42,986 nucleotides of DNA. Source: Candidatus Hadarchaeota archaeon. Lineage in GTDB: Archaea > CAYQAE01 > CAYVLA01. The position numbers were made by a program, and so were the translations under genes. How positions within the stretch are numbered: the stretch's first letter is position 1; each line of letters opens with the position of its first letter. The stretch covers positions 4,013 through 46,998 of the forward strand of contig CAZUNO010000022.1 of assembly GCA_964621445.1 (NCBI GenBank), given 5' to 3'. Of this stretch, positions 20,161 to 29,655 are shown one piece after another. The notes under the pieces were generated by a model. That model ran no database searches. It had not been told where the DNA came from and saw nothing but the letters and a program-made list of their open reading frames with translations.

Positions 20161-22662
20161 TTGACCTGCGAAGATGAATCTGCTGGACCGTTCGTGTCCG
20201 GAGTTCGGAGTCTGATCGTGGTTACATCCCGAGAACCGGGGATACACGAGTGCAGTGCCCTTGACATGCTGAAAAGCAGGCTGGAAAGGCGAAGCTCCCT
20301 TGACATCTCCGTCATTTCGGAAGGAGAGGAAGATATCGACGACCAGATTGACCAGGCGGATCTGGCCCTGGTTATGGGCATTCCGGACCGTCACCGGCTC
20401 CTCGATACCCTAATCCATGATCTCGACATGGATCTCCCCCGTATTCCAGGACCCGGAGATATGCATCCGGAGGGATTCAGCCTCAGAACGGGGGAGTTGG
20501 AGGGAAATCTATTCGCGGTACTCCCAGGAGTAGACGGGATGGGGATAGTATACGGAATTGGTGCCCTCCTGAGGGCCATAAACTACCTTCCCGGGGAGGT
20601 GGAGGTGGATAACCTGGACCTGGTGGAGCAACCGGCATTCAGGGTTCGGGGCGGTGGATCAACGGCCGTGGGGCCTGGCAGCAGGGCCAAGGAGAGGGGG
20701 AACATGCGGTCCCAGACTGAAGAGGAGAAGAGAAGAGGTCTCGAGGACCTGATACTGCTTGGAGGAAACGTATTCCGAGGCCAGGATCCGGCAAGGGATC
20801 TGGGCCTGGCAAAATTCTCTGGTTCGGCCATAAACTCCCTGGGCGAGGATTTTCCCGAGGTGTGGGCGGCAACTCCCTCTAATTCCCTGCACATCAAGGT
20901 CTGCAAGTACTACTACGATAGGTTCATATGCCCCTCGGTACCGGAGGCAAGAGAGGCACTTCTATCCCAATACGAGGCACGATTCAGGGAGGAGGATCCG
21001 GGGGAGTACTACTCCATGTCATCCGGAGACGTGGCTGGTTGTACCTGCGAGAAATGCATGCCATGGGGAGCAACCTTCGTCAGACTGGCGCATGACATAG
21101 CGGATATTTTACACCGCTATCATCCGGGGACCAAGGTCATCCTGACCATGCAGAACCTCACCGCCGAGGGAGGCAGGGCCGTCCTGGACTATGTTAAAGG
21201 GGAGGATAACCAGTGGTTCCACGGGATTCGATATTCTCCCGGCGGAAATGAGATGACCACCTATAACCGGGGAGATATCAATCCCAGGTGGTTCAAGTAC
21301 CAGGGATTTGGGAAGACCAGCAACTACCTGAAACACGTCCATCACGCATTGCCCGGGGATAAACCAGTATACCTATTCAGCGACATCACTCACTGGATCA
21401 GATCACAGTACGGCGTGGAGCGTCCCGACGTTTCATTGGCGGTTATCTACAACCGCCGTGCCTGGAATGCCCGTCCCCGAAGGTACCACGAGATTGCGAG
21501 GGATGTGTTCCACTACGGCATTGGTGAGGTCTTCTACAGCGAGGGAATGCACGATGACTTCAACAAGTGGCTTTGGTATAGGATGCTATGGGATCCCCAT
21601 CTCTCTTTCGAGGAGATAACCAGGGAGTACTGCAGGTACTGGTTTGGGCCCGAGGCCGCGGAGACCATGTCCAGGGTGATCTTCCTCATGGAGAGTACGC
21701 TGGAGAGGCCGGTGCTGGGGAATGGGGCGATTGCGGAGGCTGTTGACCTTCTCAGGAAGGCCAGGGCAAAGATACCCGAGAATCTCATGCAGAACGACTA
21801 CCGGTGGAGGATAATCACCCAGAAAGCACTCCTGGACAGGTATATTCAGCTTAAACTGGAGAGGGGCGAGGAGCTGAAGAGAAAGGCGTCCCGGGCACTG
21901 GAGGATCCTGACAATGGTCCCCAGAAGAGTCTGAGAGAGGCGCTCTCCATACTCGGGGAGTCCCTCCGGACTCCCGAGATGGAAGGGATAATGGAGGAGG
22001 TGGCCGAGCTTGGTGAGGAATCCAACTCCATGATCGGGTACAGGGAGCCTTCTTATTTCGACCTAGATGAATTCGATATAACGGAGATCGGTTGGTGGAA
22101 GGAGGTCCTTAGTGAGGCGGTGTCAAGCGGGGATGAGGGGAGGATGAGAAATGCTGCCATGATGGTCGTTAACTACGACGATCCTGGCAAGGGCGGCTTA
22201 CACGAGGAGCTGGGCTGGTTGGACGAGCCCGAGAACCTGGTCCGGAGGGAGACCATACTCGGGTACTTCCCGTTCAAGGGCCCGGCCCGGCGATCCAACT
22301 TTTCCCTCGCCTATTCCTGGAGAAAGCCCGACTGCAAGCTGGCCTTCAGATACCCGGACCTGGAGGCCGGAGCGAGGTACGTGGTGAGGATCTGCACCGG
22401 TTTCCACTGCGATGATCTTGAGGGACTGATGCCCAAGGAATGCCCACAGGTTCTCGAGGTGAACGGTGAGATCGTCGGGGAGGAGTTTCCCTTCACCCTA
22501 GGCCGGATAGGGCTTTACGAGTTCGAAATCCCCAGCTCCTTGACCGAAGGCGGGGAGATGGAACTGGTAATCCGCTCGGCTTCCCATGATTTTCCGGTAG
22601 TTGGGGCCTCTGAGATATGGGTCATGAAAAAAGAAGAGATGACTTGGACCGTGGAGGACTAG
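20161..22662 (+). CDS. Large uncharacterised glycoside hydrolase-like protein
   Basis: PEGFSL...GVDGMGIVYGIGALLR...PAFRVRG (GH20/GH67-type N-domain); ICPS and GDVAGCTCEKC Cys motifs; YSEGMHDDFNK; beta-sandwich-like C-terminus. Confidence 0.6.
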   Translation: MTCEDESAGPFVSGVRSLIVVTSREPGIHECSALDMLKSRLERRSSLDISVISEGEEDIDDQIDQADLALVMGIPDRHRLLDTLIHDLDMDLPRIPGPGDMHPEGFSLRTGELEGNLFAVLPGVDGMGIVYGIGALLRAINYLPGEVEVDNLDLVEQPAFRVRGGGSTAVGPGSRAKERGNMRSQTEEEKRRGLEDLILLGGNVFRGQDPARDLGLAKFSGSAINSLGEDFPEVWAATPSNSLHIKVCKYYYDRFICPSVPEAREALLSQYEARFREEDPGEYYSMSSGDVAGCTCEKCMPWGATFVRLAHDIADILHRYHPGTKVILTMQNLTAEGGRAVLDYVKGEDNQWFHGIRYSPGGNEMTTYNRGDINPRWFKYQGFGKTSNYLKHVHHALPGDKPVYLFSDITHWIRSQYGVERPDVSLAVIYNRRAWNARPRRYHEIARDVFHYGIGEVFYSEGMHDDFNKWLWYRMLWDPHLSFEEITREYCRYWFGPEAAETMSRVIFLMESTLERPVLGNGAIAEAVDLLRKARAKIPENLMQNDYRWRIITQKALLDRYIQLKLERGEELKRKASRALEDPDNGPQKSLREALSILGESLRTPEMEGIMEEVAELGEESNSMIGYREPSYFDLDEFDITEIGWWKEVLSEAVSSGDEGRMRNAAMMVVNYDDPGKGGLHEELGWLDEPENLVRRETILGYFPFKGPARRSNFSLAYSWRKPDCKLAFRYPDLEAGARYVVRICTGFHCDDLEGLMPKECPQVLEVNGEIVGEEFPFTLGRIGLYEFEIPSSLTEGGEMELVIRSASHDFPVVGASEIWVMKKEEMTWTVED

Positions 22663-22687
22663 ATGGGATCTACTGGGTGACCTGGTC

Positions 22688-23509
22688 TTGAAGATTAGCT
22701 GCCTCCCTCACGGGTGCCTTGGAGAGGGAGGGCTTGAACTGGTTGAGTGGTTCAGGAAGGCCTCGGAGTGGGGGCTGGACGGGGTGGAGGTCATGGACCG
22801 TTGGGTAATGGAGGGGTTGATGGGCCCCACCAACCATGGGCTCATGGAGAGCATCGAGGGGGAACTGGACCGTTTGGGTCTGGAGGTCTCAGCGGTCATC
22901 AACCACGGGCCTTACGTCTGGGAGTCGGACGAGCCGAACTCCCTGGAAATGAGGAAGGCCCGTTTCTTTTTGAGATGGGCTTGTAGACTGGATGCCGATA
23001 TCCTTAGGGTCACCACCGGGGTAAGGGAAGCTTCGGAGATAGCTGATGTAAGAGCAAGGTCGGTTTTTGGAGGGTATATACGTGAGCTGTTACCGCTTGC
23101 CAGGGACCGGGGGATTCGGATAGCGCTAGAGGAGCACCCGGGGTTCGCGGGAACGGTGAAAAAGTTGGGGCCCATTCTCCGTGATATCCCGGATCCCAAT
23201 TTCGGTCTTGCCTTCGATACCAAGAATACCATGAGGGAGGGGGAGGACCCCTTGGTGATCCTGGACCGGGAGGACGTTCTAGACAGGGTCATATACACCC
23301 ATATCGATAACTACTTCCCAGGTAATAGAGGCTGGAATCGATCGGTGACCCTTGACCAGGGATGGGTGGACATAGCGGCTCTGGTGGAGGGGCTACATGG
23401 CCATGGTTACGACGGCTGGCTGAGCGTGGAGTACGGAGGTAATGACCTGGAACAGGTTCATTATTCCATCGAATGGCTTCGATCAATCTGGCAGGATCTA
23501 GAAGGGTGA
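22688..23509 (+). CDS. Sugar-phosphate isomerase/epimerase (xylose isomerase-like TIM barrel)
   Basis: GLDGVE, IALEEH, LAFDTKN, YTHID, GYDGWLSVEY metal-ligand pattern. Confidence 0.85.
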   Translation: MKISCLPHGCLGEGGLELVEWFRKASEWGLDGVEVMDRWVMEGLMGPTNHGLMESIEGELDRLGLEVSAVINHGPYVWESDEPNSLEMRKARFFLRWACRLDADILRVTTGVREASEIADVRARSVFGGYIRELLPLARDRGIRIALEEHPGFAGTVKKLGPILRDIPDPNFGLAFDTKNTMREGEDPLVILDREDVLDRVIYTHIDNYFPGNRGWNRSVTLDQGWVDIAALVEGLHGHGYDGWLSVEYGGNDLEQVHYSIEWLRSIWQDLEG

Positions 23510-23515
23510 GGGATA

Positions 23516-25510
23516 TTGCCTAAAGTGGACCTAGGAAAGGAGATGATGTGGACCGTACCGGGCAGGGAGGACCCGGACTGGGGCTTCGCCAGGAACCGGC
23601 AAGTGATGCTCCGGGCATCCAGAGGGGAGTTCTCGGCCTCATCGTTCTCAACCTCCCTGGATGTCCAGGGCCGGCTTTTCGTGGGGGGCAACCGGGACTT
23701 TGGGTGGCAGGGTCTGACCATTGGCCCCCTGGGCAGATCGAGCTATCGGATTTTGGATGGCATTTATTTCTCGGTTGGCCAGGTGTTGGAACCTTTAGAT
23801 GTGAAGGTGGCCCCCAGAAGGGCAATCTACCGTTACAGGGATGGGGACGGAGACCCGGTTCGGATGGTTCTGGATCTGGAGGGTCAGCCCGGAAGGGTTG
23901 TGTTGCGTTCCGATGTGGGGAGGGCTTGTTGGTTCATGGCTCTCATGGATGTCAGGGAGTTGGATACGGGCCGGAAAATACCAACCGATCAACATAATTT
24001 GAAGGGGGAGCTGGTCTTGAGGGGAGAATTTCCCCTTTTGACAAGGGTCTCGGGTTTCGATGAGATACTGTCATCCGGTTTGAGTTTCCAGTGGGATTAT
24101 AAGCTGGATGATGGATTCCGTCGCCGTAATGACGGCGCGGTGGTTTTTCAGGATGAAAGGAGAACGATTGAGGGCATTGTTTTCCATTCTCGGCGAGGAC
24201 TTGTGGAGATAGAGGTGGAGATGCCCACCGAGAGCTCCCTTGCAGCCCCGGATTTAATTACTAGAAAGATATTCGGCAAAAGCAAGATTTCCCGTGCCCT
24301 GCGTCTGAGGCTTGCCAACCTAACCAGCTTTGATCTCTTTACCAGGGAGGGATGGATGCCGGAGGCCGGGGCCTGGTGGTTTAGAATGCCCTGGATTCGG
24401 GATACCCTGGAGGGGATTAGATGGAATCTCAAAACCTATATCCGCATTCTGGGGTGGAGGAAAAGACTGGCGAAAACGGTTAAGGGCCTTTTGGATGTCG
24501 CCCGACGGGAAAGAGGGCTGCCCATAATTCTCGATGGCGGCAAGTCCTTCACCAGCGATGGATTTCCCCAGCTGCTAAATGTGGGCTGCATGTTGGCCTC
24601 CATTACCGGGGACCGGGAGCTGTTGAGGGATGTCCTGGCAACGACAGACTGGATGGGTTCGAGACTTCTCCAGGGAAGGACCGTGTCCGGCTCCCTTCTC
24701 CGGGAGTCGGTGATATGTAGCCCGGCAAATTCGTCCTGGATAGACTCCGTGGTAGAGGTTGATGGGAAGAGATGGCCAACCAGGCTTCCCGGGGAGTGGA
24801 GGGGGGAGGGCATCGATCCTTTCAATCCCCATTACGGCCTAGTTGAGGTAAACGCCATGTATATCGAAGCACTCAATCGGATTGAAATTTATTGTGGCCG
24901 AATGAACCTGGAGGTTAGCCCCGAGATTCGGGATTTGAGGGAAATGCTGGAGGAGGGGTTCATGGAGCACTTCCACCACGAAGGATCGGTACCCGCATTA
25001 ACAACCAGCCCGGTATATGATCTCAGGGACCCGATGTGCAGCTCGGCGGGGGTTATTGCCCTGTCGGTATTGGCCGGCCATCTCTACACCAGGGGACGGA
25101 TTGAAGATTTCTGGAAACCAATTTCGGAACGGCTTCTGGTCCATAGGGAAATCAGGGAGCTGGGAACCGGCTCCGAGCCCTTCGGCTTGCTGGTGCGTGA
25201 CATGGAAAGAAGCCCTTACCTTGGGGATGGGGAATATCACGGGGCGGTGATATGGCCCAGAGACACCCCCTACCTGATAGGTTTGATGGAGAAGATGGGA
25301 ATGGAGGTGACCGGGTTGTTGTTGAATAATCTGGATCATTCCATATCCGAGGGGGCGATCGGCTTCGGGTCCGAGCTGTTCAGCCTGCCTGTGGGCGGAA
25401 ACCCCTGTCCCACATCCTCGAGTGAAAACCCAGTCCCCGTGAAGAACCCAGCCCAGTACTGGAGCCACTGGTGTGATCCTTTTCTAGGTCATTTCGATGA
25501 GTTGGAATAG
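23516..25510 (+). CDS. Glycogen debranching enzyme-like amylo-alpha-1,6-glucosidase (divergent)
   Basis: AGAWWF...WIRD, SWIDS, VEVNAMY, YHGAVIWP, SELF, QYWS match GDE C-terminal (alpha/alpha)6 motifs; heads the glycogen cluster. Confidence 0.75.
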   Translation: MPKVDLGKEMMWTVPGREDPDWGFARNRQVMLRASRGEFSASSFSTSLDVQGRLFVGGNRDFGWQGLTIGPLGRSSYRILDGIYFSVGQVLEPLDVKVAPRRAIYRYRDGDGDPVRMVLDLEGQPGRVVLRSDVGRACWFMALMDVRELDTGRKIPTDQHNLKGELVLRGEFPLLTRVSGFDEILSSGLSFQWDYKLDDGFRRRNDGAVVFQDERRTIEGIVFHSRRGLVEIEVEMPTESSLAAPDLITRKIFGKSKISRALRLRLANLTSFDLFTREGWMPEAGAWWFRMPWIRDTLEGIRWNLKTYIRILGWRKRLAKTVKGLLDVARRERGLPIILDGGKSFTSDGFPQLLNVGCMLASITGDRELLRDVLATTDWMGSRLLQGRTVSGSLLRESVICSPANSSWIDSVVEVDGKRWPTRLPGEWRGEGIDPFNPHYGLVEVNAMYIEALNRIEIYCGRMNLEVSPEIRDLREMLEEGFMEHFHHEGSVPALTTSPVYDLRDPMCSSAGVIALSVLAGHLYTRGRIEDFWKPISERLLVHREIRELGTGSEPFGLLVRDMERSPYLGDGEYHGAVIWPRDTPYLIGLMEKMGMEVTGLLLNNLDHSISEGAIGFGSELFSLPVGGNPCPTSSSENPVPVKNPAQYWSHWCDPFLGHFDELE

Positions 25511-25600
25511 CTTTGATTGCTTTTTCTTCCGTGTTTCGCGATATAATATTATAGGGCCGACTCTAAAGCGGTGCACAATGAAATTTTCGAGGTCGCTTCC

Positions 25601-26848
25601 ATGAGGATAGCATTCTTCGCCTGGGAATATCCGCCGGTAGTGGTCGGCGGTCTGGGTACCTACGCCACCTACATCACCAGAAAGTTCGTGGAGATGGGCC
25701 ATGACGTGTGCGTATTTTCCCTGAACCGTGGTGACCTACCAACCAGGGAGATAATTCAGGGGGTGGAGGTCCACAGACCCCTTATAGCCGATGCCTCCAG
25801 GGTTTTCCCACTTCTATCCCCGGACCTGGGAAGCTGGGGTGAAAATCTGGATTTTTTCAGCGATTTCTTCATATACAACGTTCTCTCCGCATCCAAGCTG
25901 TCCAATTATCTGGTCAAGAAGGAGAAATGCGAGTTTGACATGGTATGCTACCATGACTGGCTAAACAGCATAGCCGGGATAATGACCAACGAACAGCTGG
26001 ACGTGCCGACTGCCTTCCATGCCCACTCCACCGAATGGGGAAGGACCGGTAATGGGTCCCAGATTATCAAGAGTCTGGAAAGGGAGGCTGCCGCATCCGC
26101 GGATGGCACGATCACCGTGAGCCATGCCATGAAGGAGGACCTGGCCAGACACGGCTGGCCCGGGGACACCTTTGCGGTCTGGAACGGGGTGGACCCTGGT
26201 AAGTACGACCCCAACTCAATCTCCGAACAGGATGTCCTAGGCCTGAGGGACAGATACGGAATACATGAAAACGAGAACATGGTTCTCTTCGTGGGCAGAC
26301 TCACCTGGGTTAAGGGCGTGAGAAACCTGATACAGGCAATGCCCCACGTTCTGAGCGAGAACCCAAATACCAAGCTGGTAATTCTGGGGCAGGGAGAACA
26401 GCAGTGGGAGATAACCGACCTGGCCTCGGCACTCAACATATCGGACAGGATGTACTACCGGTTCGAGTTCGTTCCCGAGGATGAGAGGATACTTCACTAC
26501 GCCGCCGCGGATATGTGCGTCTTCCCGTCCATCTACGAGCCCTTTGGCATCGTGAGTCTGGAGGCCATGTCCATGGAGACCCCGCCCGTGGTCGGGGCCA
26601 AGGGCCTGGTCGGTTTCCGGGAACAGGTCATTTCCTCTGGACCCGACCAGTGCGGGATCCACGTGGATGGTAACAACCCCGGCGATATAGCATGGGGCAT
26701 CAATCAGGTACTCTCCAACCCCGACCGGGCCAGGGAATGGGGCAGAAATGCCAGGAAAAGGGTGATGAAGCACTTTACCTGGGACGATGCGGCGAACAAC
26801 ACCATGGGGTGCTACCAGGCCATCAGGGAGAGGGCGGGGTATACGTAG
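25601..26848 (+). CDS. GT4 family glycosyltransferase (glycogen-synthase-like by context)
   Basis: MRIAFFAWEYPPVVVGGLG, HDW, HSTE.GR, FVGRL...KG, YEPFGIVSLEAM. Confidence 0.92.
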   Translation: MRIAFFAWEYPPVVVGGLGTYATYITRKFVEMGHDVCVFSLNRGDLPTREIIQGVEVHRPLIADASRVFPLLSPDLGSWGENLDFFSDFFIYNVLSASKLSNYLVKKEKCEFDMVCYHDWLNSIAGIMTNEQLDVPTAFHAHSTEWGRTGNGSQIIKSLEREAAASADGTITVSHAMKEDLARHGWPGDTFAVWNGVDPGKYDPNSISEQDVLGLRDRYGIHENENMVLFVGRLTWVKGVRNLIQAMPHVLSENPNTKLVILGQGEQQWEITDLASALNISDRMYYRFEFVPEDERILHYAAADMCVFPSIYEPFGIVSLEAMSMETPPVVGAKGLVGFREQVISSGPDQCGIHVDGNNPGDIAWGINQVLSNPDRAREWGRNARKRVMKHFTWDDAANNTMGCYQAIRERAGYT

Positions 26849-26875
26849 GCCGTTTTGTGGATTGGAGGAATCAAG

Positions 26876-28417
26876 TTGGTAGATCTATGTCTTGGATTTG
26901 AGGTCCATCAGCCGTACAGGACGAAGGGAAACTTCCGACCCTCTCTGGCCCGGGAATTAAACCCGGACGAGCTACCGGAGGCCTATCTGGATCAAAAATT
27001 AGACCGGCGGATACTTGAGAGGGTGTGCAGGAAGTGCTACCTGCCGGCAAATCGGACCCTGCTGGAGAAAATTGATGAGTTCCAGGGAACTGGTTCGGAG
27101 TTCAAGGTGGTGTTCAGCATATCCGGGGTCCTGGTGGAGCAGTTGGAGAGATGGCAGCCGGACGTGCTTGACTCCTTTAGAAAACTCTCCCAGACCGGTA
27201 ACGTCGAGATGTTGGATCAGACCTATCATCACTCGTTGGCCAGTCTCTATTCCAGGGAAAGGACCGAGTTCAAAGACCAGGTCAAGCTTCACCGGGAGCT
27301 GGTGCATGACGTATTTCAGCAGACCCCCAAGGTTTTCGAAAACACCGAGTTTATATACAATGATTCCATCGCCGCCTCGGTGGCCGAAATGGGTTACCAG
27401 GCCATGTTCACCGAGGGTGCTGAAAAGGTTCTGGACTGGAGGTCGCCAAATCACATATACCGCGCCAGGCACGCCGACCTCTCCCTTCTCCTCAGGAACT
27501 ACCGCCTGTCCGATGACATTGCCTTTCGTTTCTCGACCCTTAACTGGCCCGGGTGGCCACTAACGGCGGAGAAGTATGCATCATGGCTGTCCGGCGCAGA
27601 CGGTGACTGCGTGACCGTTTTCATAGATTACGAGACGCTGGGTGAGCACCAATGGCCGGAGACCGGGATTCTCGACTTCCTGAAGTGGTTGCCGCGGGAG
27701 GCGATCAACAGGGGAGTGGAGTTCAGGACCGCTTCGGAGCTGGTGAATTCCCACCAGCCGGTAGGCAAGATCGAGGTCGGGGACTTTGACACCATCTCCT
27801 GGGCCGATGAGGACAGGAGTACCACCGCATGGCTGGGAAACGATATGCAGCGGACCTGTTTTGGGGCCCTCCGGAGCATGGAGAGTCAGGTTAAACTTAC
27901 GGATAACCAGGATCTGATGCGGATGTGGAGGGTGCTTCAGATATCGGACCATCTCTACTACATGTACACCGAGGAGGGTGCCTCGGGTATGGTTCATGGA
28001 TACTTCAGTGCCCAGCCCCCAGTGAAGTCCTTCTGGAGCTTCTCCCGCATACTATCGAATTTTCACGAGAAGATAGCCCGGGAACTGGATGAGCCCCAGA
28101 GGACGGCCGTATACCTGCTGCGAATTCTCCCCCCGGACCAGGCCTTCCATTTCCATGATTCGGATGGCTATTTGGGTCTCTCGGCCCACTCCTTGGAGGA
28201 GTTTCAGCGAGTTCTCAGCATGGCCCCGGAGTGGTCGGTGCAGCGTCACCAGGAGAGATCGGACATCTCCACCTGGATAGGGGATGTTGTAGGGGATTCG
28301 GAGCTGGCCCAGGCGCTTGGGAAAAGGGAGGCGGAAAATGCCACAGAGCTGAAGATAGAAATATTTAACGACGTCCAGTTCAGGATCGGGGAGCTAAGGG
28401 AATTACTGAGATCCTGA
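26876..28417 (+). CDS. GH57 alpha-amylase-like protein with C-terminal DUF5752-like domain
   Basis: FEVHQPYR, KCYLPAN, TYHHSL, NTEFIY, DYETLGEH, SDHLYYM; C-terminal AFHF...AHSLEEF...HQERSDISTWI. Confidence 0.9.
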   Translation: MVDLCLGFEVHQPYRTKGNFRPSLARELNPDELPEAYLDQKLDRRILERVCRKCYLPANRTLLEKIDEFQGTGSEFKVVFSISGVLVEQLERWQPDVLDSFRKLSQTGNVEMLDQTYHHSLASLYSRERTEFKDQVKLHRELVHDVFQQTPKVFENTEFIYNDSIAASVAEMGYQAMFTEGAEKVLDWRSPNHIYRARHADLSLLLRNYRLSDDIAFRFSTLNWPGWPLTAEKYASWLSGADGDCVTVFIDYETLGEHQWPETGILDFLKWLPREAINRGVEFRTASELVNSHQPVGKIEVGDFDTISWADEDRSTTAWLGNDMQRTCFGALRSMESQVKLTDNQDLMRMWRVLQISDHLYYMYTEEGASGMVHGYFSAQPPVKSFWSFSRILSNFHEKIARELDEPQRTAVYLLRILPPDQAFHFHDSDGYLGLSAHSLEEFQRVLSMAPEWSVQRHQERSDISTWIGDVVGDSELAQALGKREAENATELKIEIFNDVQFRIGELRELLRS

Positions 28418-28483
28418 AACGTGCTTTGCAGTGCATATCTATTTCTGTTGGCAGGATAACCTATAATCAGGGAGTGTTTCAAT

Positions 28484-29647
28484 TTGAGGATCGCGATGTT
28501 TTCCTGGGAATCGATGTATACCATACAGGTCGGGGGCTTGGGCGTTTCGGCCACCAGGCTGGCCGAGGAGCTTGCGGGTCGAGGACACCACGTTTCCTTC
28601 TTCACCCGCGGGGCAGCCGGTCAGCCCGAGCACATGTTCATTAACGGGGTTCACTACCATACACTTGAACTGGAACCCTGCTTTTCGAGCTATTCGCTGG
28701 CCTCCGGGCTTTCAAAGATGATAATAGACAGGCTGAAGAGGGTGGAGGGAGTCCTGGGCAAATTCGATATAGTGCACGGACACGACTGGCTGGTGATCGA
28801 CGCCCTCGAGAAAATGAAGAAGGAGGGAAGGAGGGCGGTCATGACCTATCACTCCACCGAGTACGGGAGAAACGGGGGGAAGATGGGCGACTGGAGGGAG
28901 TTCCACGAGATATCGGACCGTGAGAGGTACGCTGCCCGAATTGCCGACAGGGTGACCACCGTTTCCGCGCACATGGAGAGGGAACTGCAGTGGCTATATG
29001 ACGTACCAAAGGAAAAGATAGACGTCATCCCCAACGGGATCGACCCCTCAAGGTACAAGTCAGATGTGGATAGCCAGGAGGTGAAAAGGAGGCTGGGCAT
29101 GAACCCCAGTTCGCCCATGGTTCTTTTCGCCGGGAGGCTGGAATACCAGAAAGGGCCGGATATTCTTCTCCGATCAATTCCCGAGGTCCTTGATCTGCGG
29201 GAGGACGTGCAATTCGTGTTTCTGGGTCAGGGTGGCTTGAGAAGGGACCTGGAGGCCGAGGCCCGGAAGCTGGGGATTGCCTCCTCCACATCATTCCTGG
29301 GGTTCGTGCCCTTCTGGGAGTACCTGGAGAAACTTAACTCCTGCGATATGGTGTGCATTCCCAGCAGGAACGAGCCCTTCGGGCTGGTTCTCCTCGAGGC
29401 CTGGTCCGCGAGTAAGCCGGTTGTGGCATCCAGGGTTGGAGGGCTCCAGGAGAATATTGATTCAGGTGTTAATGGGCTGCTGGTTGGACCGGAGCCCTCG
29501 GCCTTGGCCAGGTCGATCAGTTACCTCGTGGACAACCCCGGGATTGGGGAGAGAATGGGCGCCAGTGGACGGGAGAAAGCATTTGAGTTCGGCTGGGACA
29601 AGGCGGTATCCCTGCTCCAGGACACCTACAGGAAGGCCCTGCCCTGA
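28484..29647 (+). CDS. GT4 family glycosyltransferase
   Basis: FSWES...VGGLG, HGHDW, HSTEYGR, AGRLEYQKG, NEPFGLVLLEAW. Confidence 0.92.
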   Translation: MRIAMFSWESMYTIQVGGLGVSATRLAEELAGRGHHVSFFTRGAAGQPEHMFINGVHYHTLELEPCFSSYSLASGLSKMIIDRLKRVEGVLGKFDIVHGHDWLVIDALEKMKKEGRRAVMTYHSTEYGRNGGKMGDWREFHEISDRERYAARIADRVTTVSAHMERELQWLYDVPKEKIDVIPNGIDPSRYKSDVDSQEVKRRLGMNPSSPMVLFAGRLEYQKGPDILLRSIPEVLDLREDVQFVFLGQGGLRRDLEAEARKLGIASSTSFLGFVPFWEYLEKLNSCDMVCIPSRNEPFGLVLLEAWSASKPVVASRVGGLQENIDSGVNGLLVGPEPSALARSISYLVDNPGIGERMGASGREKAFEFGWDKAVSLLQDTYRKALP

Positions 29648-29655
29648 ACGCTTTA

